The notes below the pieces were generated by a model, which did no database searches, was not told where the DNA came from, and saw nothing but the letters and a program-made list of their open reading frames with translations. Source: Octopus sinensis (lineage: Eukaryota). From it: a stretch of DNA of 64,000 bases. Positions 43,763 through 57,803 of this stretch are shown here, piece by piece (positions within the stretch are counted from its first letter, which is position 1; every line of letters starts with the position of its first letter). The position numbers and the translations under genes are program-made. The stretch spans positions 103,540,001 to 103,604,000 of the forward strand of contig NC_042999.1 of NCBI RefSeq assembly GCF_006345805.1. The letters run 5' to 3'.

Positions 43763-45002
43763 CAGGGTTTGGACAAAATAATTGGAGCAGTAGAAATTTA
43801 ACTCCAGTATTTTAATGAGCCATCATAGTACAAATATCCACCCAAATTCCATTGTGAGTGTGTTATTTTTTGTATTGTACATGACTTTACTTATCTAATT
43901 TAATGATTATTTCTATCACTTTTTCAAAACAGAGTTTAAATTAAGCTAACATGCGTGACATCGCTGAATTCGAGAAAAGGTAAATTGTTGGAGCTCGAAT
44001 GGCAAGAGATTCCGTCACCAGAACAGCTGAACTCCTTGGTTTTTCGAGAGCTACCATATCAAGGATCATGGCTTAATTTGAGAAGCAGTGCAAAACCTCC
44101 AGCAGGACTTCGAAGCTCACCGAAAGTGACCGACGATTGTTGAATCGCGTTGTGATGAACAATCACCGGACAGCTGCTCCTAAAGTGACTGCAGAGTTGA
44201 ATCAACACCTGGCTAGTCCAGTTTCGACCAAAACTATTCACCGTGGGCTCAAGGAAACCGGATATCATGGAAGAGCTGCCATCAGAAAACTTCTGCTTTC
44301 TCACCAAAACATTCAGAAAAGGGCTGAACTGGTGTAGAGATCATAAGGGCTGGTCGACACACCAATGGAAGCAAGTAATATTCTCCGACGAGTCCAGTTT
44401 TTCTCTTTTCCCCACTGCAGGGTGAGTTTGTGCGTGGAGGCAGTCCAAGGAAGCTTTTAATCCTGACTGCCTTCTTCCTACAGTGAAGCACGGAGGAGGA
44501 CCTGTGATAGTTTGGGCAGCTATTTCGTGGAATTCTCTTAGTACAATCGTGTCCTGCCTGGTAGGATCAACAGCAATGATTATCTGAATATTTTGAGAAA
44601 TCAAGTCCTTCCCATGGTCCAGACATTATTCCCTGATGGTCAGTGCAGCTTCCAAGATAACAATGCTCAAATACGCACCTGTTATGTGGTCAATAATTGG
44701 TATGAAGAGCATAATAATGAGCTACAACACATGGAGTGGCCTCCTCAATCTCCAGATCTTAATATTATTGAGCATCTGTGATGCATCTTGGAGTGACAAT
44801 TTAGAAGTCGATACACTCCACCACAACAGCTGGAGTAGGTTTTGCAGAAAAATGACTCAAGATTCCTCTCAATGAAATCAGGAAGCTGTATGAATCAATT
44901 CCTAGGTGCATCGAAGCTGTTCAGAAAGTTAAAGAAGAACCAACTCCATATTAAATATATATTCATTGAATTTAACGCGTTCCAATTATTTTGTCCGACC
45001 TC

Positions 45003-45004
<2 letters not shown>
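43763..45004 (+). mobile_element. Tc1-family DNA transposon, decayed full-length copy
   Basis: Imperfect 24-bp TIRs CAGGGTTTGGACAAAATAATTGGA / CAGAGGTCGGACAAAATAATTGGA with TA at the left end. Broken transposase shows HRTAAPKVTAELN, KPLL-like HTH, VIFSDESSF, FQDNNA and WPPQSPDLNIIEHL. Confidence 0.92.
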
Positions 45005-45090
<86 letters not shown>

Positions 45091-45470
45091 CAAACAGAAG
45101 AGAGAGAGAGGAGAGACAAACAGAAGAGAGAGAGAGGAGAGACAAACAGAAGAGAGAGAGAGAGAGAGAGATGTTATATTAATTATTCTTAAACAAGAAT
45201 GTTGTTGATAGTGACTTCGAAGTTTTGGCCAACTAATCAGTCCATCGATGGCTAGCTGGCCGAAACTTCGAAATCTGTGCGAACAACATTCTTGTTTCAG
45301 AATAATAAATTCATACTCTATAAAAGTATAGAATAATCCATTAAAATAATTAAAAATTGTTTTATTATAATTGCACATAAAAACAAATATTAATACATTG
45401 TAAAAAGATATGTGTATTTATGTTTTGGGAAAGAGAGATGAGTTAGATACATACATGTGTGTGTGTGTGT

Positions 45471-45506
<36 letters not shown>

Positions 45507-45875
45507 CGCGTGCGTGCCTGTGTCTGTGTTAAAAACCATCAAACTTTACTCGTAATTTAAATGGCAATCGATTAACAGATTTGGAAATCGGGTTACTGAA
45601 TCTAGAAGCAGATTTATTGTTCTTGGGATGAAACATCTTGTATATTGTAAGGCTGAAATATAGACTAAAAGAAATTTGCCCTCAAACACATTGAGTAATT
45701 TCCCTTAAGTTGCAGACACATTGGCTCTATGAATAACTATGTATGTACGTATGTATGTATGTATGTATGTACATATGTATGTATATACGTATGTATGTAC
45801 GTATGTATGTATGTATGTATCTATGCATGTATGTATATATATATATATATATATAAGTATAGTAACTACTCCTTA

Positions 45876-45951
<76 letters not shown>

Positions 45952-46634
45952 TTGACGTGTTCTTAATTATAAGACTGAGAGTCTACGAATCAATGCGTTT
46001 AACGACAGAGTGTAATGATCGCTTATCGCTGTTCCAATTTCTTTTATCAATTCTCTGTAATGAGGAATAGTGAAAATTTGTAGAGAAGCTGAATTAGACT
46101 AGAGAAGAAAATAGTGTCGGATATGAAAAGTGTAGAAAAAGGATAAGTGGGTTGCTGTTACTGTTGTTGTAACTGCCATTGTTGTTGTTTAGAACCAAGT
46201 TAGCCGTGAAAGTGCATAACTCTGACCAAAAACACATGGCTATTTCTCTCGGGTTTTTTTGTTCTTATTTCAATTGTACATAATCTAGCTATTTTTTTTT
46301 TGTTTGTTTGTTTTTCAATTGTGTAATTTTAAGGAAATTTAACTGTTATTACTAGCGTTTAGAACGACGATGTATTTGTCTCTTTTTTTTAACTCTGGCT
46401 CCCATTTTGCCTCAGTCTCACGTGTTGACCTAGTATCAAGCGTGTTATGAGTTGCAGTATGTGTGTGTATGTAGATGGTATTGTTTTGACAAAAGCTTAC
46501 CTTTGACTGAAACAAGACTAAGCCAGTTTCGATTTCAACCTTCAACAATTATCTGAATAATTTCTACTTGATCGATACTGCCTTTAAGAAAAGTATAAAT
46601 ATCAAAACTGCATTTTCTCTTTGCCTCGAAATCA

Positions 46635-46667
<33 letters not shown>

Positions 46668-47212
46668 TGTATGTTAATTATTTGAATTTGTCTTATAAAC
46701 TAGGGTTCCCTTTCTAGTAAAGTAACAAAGCTCAATCTCTGGAACTTCTATAACGAAAACAAGTGTTATATACTGAACTTCAATAGCTTTTGTATATAAT
46801 TTCTTGCTCTTTTTACATATTCTGTTTGTAAAATGCGTGTTAGTTGATCGCTTTTCTTTGTCTGAAAACCTTGGCATTCCGAGGCTACTACTTAGACATT
46901 TGCTAACATTATCTTTTATACTTTACTGGTTTCGGTTATTAGATTGCTGTCATGCTGGGGTAGCGTCTTGATGAATTTTAGTTGGCTGAACCGATCCCAG
47001 TACATTTTTTAAACCTAGCACTTCTAAGTTACAGAGACATAAACATATCGATACCGTTTCTCAAGTGGTGGGGGTGCACAACCACAGACACAAAGACACA
47101 CAGGTAAACACGCACACACACACATAGTTGAAATTTATAGAAAAACAAAAGACGAATACCGGTGTATGAACAACAAGCAAATGTATTAGTTTAACCCTCA
47201 AGAAAATAAAAA

Positions 47213-47252
47213 AGTCTTTTACGTTTCGAGCCTACGCTCTTCAACAGAAAGA
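47213..47252 (-). ncRNA. Degenerate hammerhead-like motif in a PLE-type tail
   Basis: Minus: TTGAAGA-GCGTAGGCTC-GAAA-CGT-A-AAAGA. Core and ACGT palindrome are present but stem I does not pair in register. Confidence 0.4.
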
Positions 47253-47687
47253 AATAAGGCAAAATAAACAGAGAGAGAAAGAAAAAAACTGTCGATTTAA
47301 CGGTCAAGCATAGCGATGATTAGAAAAAACTTTGAAAGAAAAGTTTGAAAGAAAGGGAGATAATAAAGTAATTGTGATTCCACATGAAGGTGCGCGCGTG
47401 TATGTGAAAATAATGTGTGTGAATGTGTGTGTGTGTGTGTGAATAGGGGCTAGTCACTGACGTGTGTGGGTGTGTGCATGTGTGTGTGCGTCTGTAATGT
47501 GTGGCTGCTCATATAGTGGTATGTGTCTTGACATTATTGAAGATTGTATGTGGGTGTGTAGATGATGGTGTGTGGATGATGGTGTTTTCTGTGGAGGCTG
47601 GGAAGTGGTCAGTGGTTATGTGTGTGGAGTGGTGGGGAATGGTGTAGTGATGTAGCGTAGGGTAATGTGGGGTAGGGGTGTGTGTAC

Positions 47688-47860
<173 letters not shown>

Positions 47861-50800
47861 CGGGCTTATTTCAATTTTCTGCCAACCAAATCCACTCACA
47901 AGGCTTTGATCAACCCAAGATTATAGTAAAAGGCTATTGTTGCTAAAACTCAGAGTTCGGGAAACAGTTTTTCTGTGTTTAATTTACAAATAAAATATAT
48001 CGATTTCTTTCGGCCAAATAACAAACGCTGTGGGTATGTATGCATCTATGATTGATTTTATGTTATACTTGTGTGGTTGTCTCTGTGTATACATTCAATC
48101 TGGAATTCATGCTTGAGTGCTTAATATTTCACTTCCCAATCATGTGTCCTTCATTTTGATCCCACGACTCGATGACATTCTTTTCAGTATAGAATTGACT
48201 AAAGCCAAACGTTCTAAGTAAAATTCTGGAAATGCCTGTAGAATGATCTCTACCTGCTGCAACTCCAAGACTCTTCTTTGTCATTTCTATTGTTATACGA
48301 TTTTGTATGAAGGCAACATTAAATGTGTATGTGTTGGAGAGCATTTACTCACGTACACTGCATTATAATGAATAGGTGTTTCCGTTGAGCTAACAACCCT
48401 CTTTCTCTAAAATCAACAGGTTTTCCATTCAATTCAGTATAGATGTATTTCACAATTCACTGAATTAAGTGCCATAATTATATTCTGGTCGAATCAATAG
48501 TATATCTTTCATCTGTCTAACAAATATTAAATTTTCATTCGACAATAACTTTGGAGTTACGAAGCAGCTGCCTACAGGCGATTCGGTCAGTATCCATCGA
48601 ATCATGTTCTGAATTACTTTTCACTAATTTTATGTTACTAGATCATCTTTCCTACTTCTTTTCGGCACCAACTTTTATAGATCTCTCCTGAAAATATTTA
48701 ACTTCACGCTCAAAAATTTCAAAAGAAACAAAAGTTTAACCTGCCTATGCCGGTCTACGTATTTTCTCAGTTCTTGTATATACTGAAAAACAAAATTTAT
48801 TTCTTATAATCTAGAAGCAACTTATTACATACTCGTGGGCAATATTTTAAACTATCTCCCTAATTAGTGCATAATGCATCACTGGTTTTTATATTTCTTT
48901 CGATACGAAACATAGGTATTGGCAAGCTATTCGTCTTTCTCTGCCAAATTCAATAGATATCCTTTCAGCGAGAGATAATTCTTTGTTTTCATAGTTCGAT
49001 GTGTTTGTTAACTACCAGAATAAGTGCACCATAGTACAGTGCGGTCAGTTTATTCTGCAGCTTTGTCTGACTTAAAGAAGTTTTTTTTCTTTGTAAATGG
49101 TAAGTACTGCTTAATATCTACAAAAGTAAAAAAAAAATTATCATTTCTAAATTAGAAACAAGGCCAACAATTTGAGAGAAGAGAACAGTTGCTTGTATTG
49201 ACCACTGTTCTTTATCTTTATTTTATCGGTCCCAGGGCGGGTCAAAGGTATAATTCACTACGGTGAGAATTGAAATCAGAACCAGAAGAGCTGTATTAGA
49301 TAATGGATTGTGCCATTCCGTTTCTTTAAAAATTATTTCAAGTATTGGTAAAAAGCAAATAATTTTAATGGTGGGAGAATGTCGATTGCGTCAACCCTAG
49401 TGTTCAGCTAGCACTCATTTTATCGATCCTGAAAGGATGAAAAGTAAAGTCGATTTCGGCTGAATTTGAACTTAAAGAGCTGAAAAGAAATGCTGCTAAG
49501 CATATGACTCTGCCAGCCTGTCAACTTCCTGGACCCTAAAAATAATTAAGATATCACATACAAACTGTAGTTTATTTACATTCTTTTCATATATGTTAAT
49601 GATTGATTATTTTAATCAAGTAGTTCAGTAATTCGGCGCCAACGTTACATTGTCTTGCTGACGATCGAATTAACAATATGATAGGTTTTGGTTTAGACAC
49701 AGGACCGCCAGTTTTGAAGTGATGGGTATTAGTCGATATAATCAACCACAGTTCTTGACTGGTACTTTGATATATCAACTCCATAAGTATGAAAGAAAAC
49801 GTCGGCCTTCTCGGAATTTGCGCCCAGAATGCAATGAATCAAGAACTACCGAATGGCATATTTGCCCAACACTTGGCGATTCTGCCAATCCACTGCACTT
49901 GGTTGGCAACAGAATTTTTCAAATATCCATTGGCGCTAAGTCGTTAATTCTGAATAGCTTCATATTCGAAGTTGTTTTTCATCAATATTTATGGAATATG
50001 CCTAGTGTATATCCTTCCGACATTGAAGGAGAGACTACCGTGTCATTATTATGACCTGTTTTTAGTTATATTGTCTACCCAGACGTTATGGTTCCGTTTC
50101 GGAATATCCGAGTAACACTTTTCAAGATAGAAGGTGAAATATGTTGTACGACTTACATTACAGTAAATATTATCTTGTACATTTTTTCGGCAAATACCTG
50201 CGTAGAATGATGAAATCATATGTATTCAATAATGAAGGTATCGGTAAACTATGATTTAACTTTCTGTATTATTTTTGCGTGTGTTTGCAGATTACTTGCG
50301 TGTAATATATACTATGATAAAAATTGCCTTCTTTTGATTTCGCTTCCATCCTGATAAGCTGATTGGTGCTCCACAATGAAGCTGTTGCCATCTACAGAAT
50401 GTATGTTTTTCTTCTAAATCTATCAACATATAAATAATGTGTCTATGACATCAACATCACCACTTTGCTTCTCCTCGATTAACAGAGACATTTTGTCTCT
50501 TCTGGTGCTATGTAAATAATGTCTACCTAACGGATACCCATTGGTCGTTTCAATATAGTTATGTCAATACGTTTGGATTAATACTTCTATCTCTTTCTTA
50601 AATACTTTTAGTGGAGTTTACAAACTATTACAACTAAAAGCCGTTACAACTAAATCTTTACTCTGAAGGTAACTCGATGTTTTGATGCACCACCTCCTAT
50701 CGAAGCAACAAACTAATCATGCATTCTTTCCCCTTTTTCCTTCAATACAAAATGTCATCGGAGCTGTCTTTCCTCTCTTGAGGAGCCATAAATAAAGTTT

Positions 50801-52328
50801 TCAAATGTCACATCCATAGGATATTTATGTGTTTTGTGCAGTAGTAATTAGCAGATATTAATTAACTCGATGACATTTCTAGATTCATCCTATTAAGTCA
50901 GCATTATCTCATATTTAATTTTATTTTGTGCTTCTGTGTTGTATCTACATAAGATGTTTTCAGTTTCATATATTTCCTTGTACCGCACTTTTTTTTTAAT
51001 AGTTTTCTGGTATTTATCTTCTCTTCCTTCTCTTACGCCTTTCCTATATTGTTTCATCCCCCTGCTTTAACCAAATTGTTTCTAAAACAAAACCTTTTAA
51101 TCAATTTTCATTTCTATGCGAATGCACCGTCGTTGGTGTTCTGCGATTTGTAAAGATTTTGGGAGTATCGACAATTTTCCAAGAATCATGCTGAATGCTT
51201 CTTATTGTTATTGTTATTTATTGTGTTTCTTAGTCATTTCAGGTTGCTTGCTTTTGTGAGCATGATTGCAGAGATGGATATGTGTGTGCATTCGTATTGT
51301 AAACTAACAATCGTTTCTTGCCTTATCAGTTTTATAATAGAAAACAATCCCATTATTCAGAAACATTGTCCGTAAGGAGACACATTGTTTTGAATGTGTG
51401 TGTGTTCGCGCGCGCGTATAGCGTGTGTATCTGTGTATTTACATCCTGGAAAATTACTGTTAACCATTATATTAAGAAGCTGTTTTAAAAGAGAAGGTTG
51501 AGGTAGAAAAAATACCTTTATTTTTTTACCTGATTACAAAATCCTATTACATGTAAAACCCAAACAATGACAGAAAACGTTTTAGCCGGAATAAATCCTG
51601 CTTTACGCATATTTTTCAGCTTTTTTCCATGTAGTTTTAATTTAATTAAAATACTTATGATATTGAATGAAATTTGCTTTTTGGTACTTGCCTGTGCATT
51701 CAATTAAACATTGTGATGAAGCATTTCATAAGAAATGTGTTTGTGTTATTAGTCTTCTTTTACTGTTGTTTCTTTTTATCTTTTCTTTATGCAGTCTTCT
51801 AGCTTTAATTCAGAGTAATGTTTAAAATAGAATTGTCAAGTGCTGGATCGTTGCAGTTACGATTATAAAACCTATTTTATATTTCACCTAGTTCACAAAA
51901 TATATGAAAACTATTCCTACAAAATTCTTGTGGCAAGATATTTTATAATTCCTTTTATTTATATATTTTATTAGCTTCCCCCAACAATAAGGAATGTTTC
52001 AATTTAGATTATATAACATCCAGGTTTCAAAATTTCTTTTTTTACTGTCAAAGAGGAATCCATACTAGTCAATAATTGTATCGACAGACAGCCATGAAAC
52101 GCACATGAAAAAAAGCACCATTTACACTCAGATGTGTAAAGTGTGCTTCATAAAATGTAATTATATACAATCGTCTCCTTGTTCCAACCATTGGGTTGCA
52201 GTCATTCTATAGTAGTAACTTCATACTCTTTGATGCTCAGTTTTTAGAACAGTGTTTAGGGAATTGCTACGTTACAGAGACATAACGTAAACAAAGAAGA
52301 AAATTACACATACACGCAGGCTCACGTA

Positions 52329-53261
52329 ATGATCGTGACATGTTGGTACATTCCCAGAAAGATATGCAGCACATGGTGAATGCGATTTCAGCAGCATGTG
52401 CAGTATTGGGTCTAACGATCTCTCTGAAAAAACTGTTTTAATGTCCCAGCCCGTTTCCTCCAAGATATCTGTAGAACATTTTATAACTGTTAATGGTCAA
52501 ATGATGCAGACTGTGCCTAGATTTATTTATTTAGGAAGTACCTTCAGCACTGCTGGTCTTGATGATGAAATATCATACAAAATCAGCTGGGCTAGTAGTG
52601 CTTTTGTAGGCTTTATAGGCGTCTGTGGCGACAACATAATATATCTCCTGCCATCTTCCAGCTCACCATACAATAGCTGCTTGGGCAGTCGCTCATCACT
52701 CATCCTTACCAAATGTCCCACCACTTCAAACGTCTTTGCTAAATCATTGACTATGTACTTCTACCGCCACTCCTCTCAAGCACCTCCACATTACTAATGG
52801 CCATTTTCCAAACTTTTTCTCAGACAATATTGATGGTATCGTTCTAATTGCCTCACATGCCTACAGTGAACAACCCATGCCCCACTGTCATATAGCAAAG
52901 ATGGCAAGACGCACGTGTTTTATACCTTAACTTTAATTTATGAAGATATATTATGTTGTCGCCACAGACGCCTATAAAGCCTACAAAAGCACTACTAGCC
53001 CAGCTGATTTTGTATGATATTTCATCATCAAGACCAGCAGTGCTGAAGGTACTTCCTAAATAAATAAATCTAGGCACAGTCTGCATCATTTGACCATTAA
53101 CAGTTATAAAATGTTCTACAGATATCTTGGAGGAAACGGGCTGGGACATTAAAACAGTTTTTTCAGAGAGATCGTTAGACCCAATACTGCACATGCTGCT
53201 GAAATCGCATTCACCATGTGCTGCATATCTTTCTGGGAATGTACCAACATGTCACGATCAT
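52329..53261. repeat. 318-bp inverted duplication with 297-bp spacer
   Basis: 52329-52646 is the reverse complement of 52944-53261 with no net indel (coordinate sums are equal); the ORF-track translations are identical. Confidence 0.92.
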
Positions 53262-53450
53262 CTGCATACAGGAACTCAACGAGGTAAGAATACAGAAGTT
53301 TCGTTTTGGCACAGAGTCTTTTGAGATTGAACAGTTTTCCCGTTGTCCTATATCTTATATAGACCCCTTCAGGGCAATCATCAAAAGCTATTTGAAAGAT
53401 TATTGCAAAATGCATAGCAAACAATGTAAGAGGAGGAATATCACCTTGCT
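52647..53450 (-). mobile_element. RTE-clade LINE fragment (RT C-terminal half)
   Basis: GVYIRYRTTGKLFNLKRL.AKTK, EFLYADD, GLTISLKK, FIYLGSTFS, LLYD and GHLVRMSDERLPKQLLYGEL, with stops and frameshifts. Confidence 0.85.
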
Positions 53451-54323
53451 TTACAACATTTCTGCAGAAATTGGATCTTATAAGGTACCTCCAAGATTAA
53501 CTCTCAGTTCTATCTTGTCATGAAATTGTGTAAGCAGTCTCAAAAAAATTTTGGGGGCATCCTAGCATTTTCAGGATCTCCCAAAGTGCAATTCTATTGA
53601 TAAAATCAAACGCTTTTGTTAGGTCAATGAAAACCCAGTATAAGTCTATATCCAGTTCAATGCACTTCTCGTGTAACTATCTAGCTGAAAATATCATATC
53701 CATAGTACCCCTACTATCCCTAAACCCACGTTGCGATTCTGATTTTACTTGCCGAAGTATTGATAATAAAATCAAACACAGGCTGACAAAGAAAATAGAA
53801 TTGTTTCAAGAATGAATTTTTCAGATGCCATGAAAAATTTATAGTTATAATGTTTTTAATATAATTCATGCATGTAGTATTAACGATTTAACTTGAAATA
53901 ATTACGACCTGAGGTAAAATCGATAACTAGGAATTTCATACTGGTCAAAAATTGCGGATATCATACAAGTCATTGAATTGCTAAAGACAGCTCTTGCATT
54001 ATTATTTACACTAGTTTGTTTTTCGTTATATGATGAGTAATGCTGGTCAGAGACTTTACCGCAGTAGGTAATATCAGGTATTACTAGATCGGTACACTAA
54101 TTATAATACTTCTATTCAAATTCCGTGGCACTTGTACAAAGACGCAGGAGTGGCTGTGTGGTAAATAGCTTGCTTACCAACCAAATGGTTCTGGGTTCAG
54201 TCCCACTGCGTAGCACCTTGGGCAAGTGTCTTCTACTAAAGCTTGTGAGTGGATTTGGTAGACGGAAACTGAAAAAAGCCCGTAGTATATATATATATAT
54301 CTTTGAAATATATATATATATAC

Positions 54324-54375
<52 letters not shown>

Positions 54376-54789
54376 GTACATATATATTTTTACCTTTCAA
54401 TTCCCAAATGTAGCTACTAACTCCAGTTGAGTTCACTTTACTTCTATTTCTGAAACTACATTGGTGGGAATTGTATCTAAAACTGCCAACTCTTTTTACA
54501 CGCGGTAAATTTCCCCTTTCTTATTGTTTTTCTATGCACTCTTCAAACCTATACATTATTACGGTACATAGTCCATTTACACTCTATATCGTACAGATTA
54601 AAAATATACGAGCTAACTTACAACCTATGAATTAGTGCCACATAGGTCTATAGAACCACACTGGATATCCCCCAATAGCGATAACTCCCTCGGAGTACAC
54701 CGGCGCTAAACTAGCCGAGCCTACGGACACGTGTAAGCTATGTTAATAACTAATTATGAGACCTTATTCAAATTCCGTGGCACTTGTAC

Positions 54790-54955
54790 AAAGACGCAGG
54801 AGTGGCTGTGTGGTAAGTAGCTTGCTTACCAACCACATGGTTCTGGGTTCAGTCCCACTGCGTAGCACCTTGGGCAAGTGTCTTCTACTAAAGGCTTGTG
54901 AGTGGATTTGGTAGACGGAAACATATATATGTGTGTGTGTATGTGTGTGTGTGTG

Positions 54956-54997
<42 letters not shown>

Positions 54998-55205
54998 TTG
55001 TGTGTCTGTGTTTGTACCCCCAGCATCGCTTGACAACCGATACTGGTGTTTACGTTCCCGTAACTTAGCAGTTCGGCAAAAGGGACCGATAGAATAAGTA
55101 CTAAGCTTACAAAGAATAAGTCCTGGGGTCGATTTGCTCGACTAAAGGCGGTGATCCAGCATGGCCACAGTCAAATGACTGAAACACGTAAAAGAGTAAA
55201 AGAGT
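54790..55205 (+). mobile_element. Octopod-type tRNA-derived SINE
   Basis: Same family as 26060-26445, with an internal deletion shared with the partial copy at 54138-54290. Confidence 0.85.
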
Positions 55206-55754
55206 AAAGTTATAACATGGATACTAATTTTCAAAATAAATATTTCTTATTTTTTATATTTGCAACAAATACATAATCAATTACAATGATAATACCATTT
55301 AACTACCCATCAATTACGAGTGTAAAATATTAATACCGTGATAAGACAGCGTTACGTTTTTTAACATGAACAAACAGTTAATAATGAGCATTGTAGATAT
55401 TGTTATATAAAGAGCAGCTGTAGAGCAGAAACATTGAGCACCTGCCGTACGGTATTTCATTTCTTATCTTTACAGTCAAATCCCACCGGAATTATTTTTC
55501 CACAGTGTCACTAAAATAAATACTAAATCGATTTAAACGATTATGCGTAATACTATTAAAATATGTAAAAGTTGTTGTTTTTATTTTTTTCAATCTGATT
55601 TTCATTTCGAAGAGAGGAGGGGGAGATGCTTTGATTAATATTGCTACCAGAATGAATGACAAAGATGAGGATACGACGCGGGTTTGAAAACTATGGCTTT
55701 ATGATAATATAGAAATGATTATATACGGCTTTACACATGCATCCATACATCATA

Positions 55755-55872
<118 letters not shown>

Positions 55873-55906
55873 ATATATATGTATATGTATGTATATATAT
55901 ATATAT

Positions 55907-55963
<57 letters not shown>

Positions 55964-55967
<4 letters not shown>

Positions 55968-56272
55968 AGGCGCAATGGCCCAGTGGTTAGGGCAGCGGAC
56001 TCGCGGTTGTAGGATCGCGGTTTCGATTCCCAGACCGGGCGTTGTGAGTGTTTATTGAGCGAAAACACCTAAAGCTCCACGAGGCTCCGACAGGGGGTGG
56101 TGGTGATCCCTGCTGTACTCTTTCGCCACAACGCTCTCTCACTCTTTCTTCTGATGGCTTGCTCGCTTAGCCAGCGAGATGGCGTCATCTGAAGGCTAAT
56201 ACAATGCGAAGTGAATAGTGATCAGCGATGTGTAGCAACATCTGATAGCCTGGTCGGTCACGGTGATCACGG
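55964..56272 (+). mobile_element. tRNA-derived SINE (head related to 14169, different tail shared with 34625-34890)
   Basis: TGGCCCAGTGG A box, GTTTCGATTCC B box, tail CATCTGATAGCCTGGTCG.TCAC. Confidence 0.8.
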
Positions 56273-56274
56273 TG

Positions 56275-56349
<75 letters not shown>

Positions 56350-56633
56350 CAACAATTGAGGGTAAAATTAATTAATTATTAATCAATTTCACCAAGTATT
56401 CAGTATGTAAAGGGACCATTTAAGGCGAATTCAAATTATTACATTATATAAAAGGGCTTAGTAAAATAAATTACTTTGCCACATACTGAACTCATTAGAA
56501 ATAGTAGCCAAAAAAACTTTTTTTAAAACTATTTCTAATACTTAAAGAAAATCTCTCTCATATAGTGTTTGCTCAATTCAACTCACGAAAGTATGGGGGT
56601 AAAGACATTAAAAAATCAAATGCAAAGGTTATT

Positions 56634-56685
56634 TGAGAACGTACGTTTCAAGATTAGTCAATTCGACATTTCTATCATCAGCTCA
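56634..56685 (-). ncRNA. Type I hammerhead ribozyme motif, array unit 1
   Basis: Minus: TGAG-CTGATGA-T.AGA(aat)GTC(gaatt)GAC(taa)TCT.T-GAAA-CGTACGT-T-CTCA. Palindromic stem III ACGTACGT, GUU triplet, stem I TGAG/CTCA. Confidence 0.85.
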
Positions 56686-57191
56686 GAACTCCTTGGTTTG
56701 GATTTGAAAACACTGAAAGTGGGAGCATACCCTTTCGGCTTCTTATCGCTTCTGAAGATCTGCTCGAAACTAACAGTGCCAGCAAACCCAAAATATGCAA
56801 GCGAAGAATTTCTGCTCTCCCCTTTCCACCAGCGTGGGTTAAAATCAGTAAACACTATGCTTTTTCGGTAAAATCCGAAGCATTAAATAGAGGAGATGAA
56901 TTATAATTTCAACAATTAAGGGTAAAATTAATTAATTATTAATCAATTTCACCAAGTATTCAGTATGTAAAGGGACCATTTAAGGCGAATTCAAATTATT
57001 ACATTATATAAAAGGGCTTAGTAAAATAAATTACTTTGCCACATACTGAACTCATTAGAAATAGTAGCCAAAAAAACTTTTTTAAAACTATTTCTAATAC
57101 TTAAAGAAAATCTCTCTCATATAATGTTTGCTCAATTCAACTCACGAAAGTATGGGGGTAAAGACATAAAAAATCAAATGCAAAGGTTATT

Positions 57192-57243
57192 TGAGAACGT
57201 ACGTTTCAAGATTAGTCAATTCGACATTTCTATCATCAGCTCA
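57192..57243 (-). ncRNA. Type I hammerhead ribozyme motif, array unit 2
   Basis: Same sequence as unit 1. Confidence 0.85.
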
Positions 57244-57751
57244 GAACTCCTTGGTTTGGATTTGAAAACACTGAAAGTGGGAGCATACCCTTTCGGCTTC
57301 TTATCGCTTCTGAAGATCTGCTCGAAACTAACAGTGCCAGCAAACCCAAAATATGCAAGCGAAGAATTTCTGCTCTCCCCTTTCCACCAGCGTGGGTTAA
57401 AATCAGTAAACACTATGCTTTTTCGGTAAAATCCGAAGCATTAAATAGAGAGAGATGAATTATAATTTCAACAATTAAGGGTAAAATTAATTAATTATTA
57501 ATCAATTTCACCAAGTATTCAGTATGTAAAGGGACCATTTAAGGCGAATTCAAATTATTACATTATATAAAAGGGCTTAGTAAAATAAATTACTTTGCCA
57601 CATACTGAACTCATTAGAAATAGTAGCCAAAAAAACTTTTTTAAAACTATTTCTAATACTTAAAGAAAATCTCTCTCATATAATGTTTGCTCAATTCAAC
57701 TCACGAAAGTATGGGGGTAAAGACATTAAAAAATCAAATGCAAAGGTTATT

Positions 57752-57803
57752 TGAGAACGTACGTTTCAAGATTAGTCAATTCGACATTTCTATCATCAGC
57801 TCA
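57752..57803 (-). ncRNA. Type I hammerhead ribozyme motif, array unit 3
   Basis: Same sequence as unit 1. Confidence 0.85.

Noticed and set aside
48100-48960. Coding-like decayed stretch on the minus strand
   Set aside because: Many stops and no motif I recognise; needs a translated search against repeat proteins.
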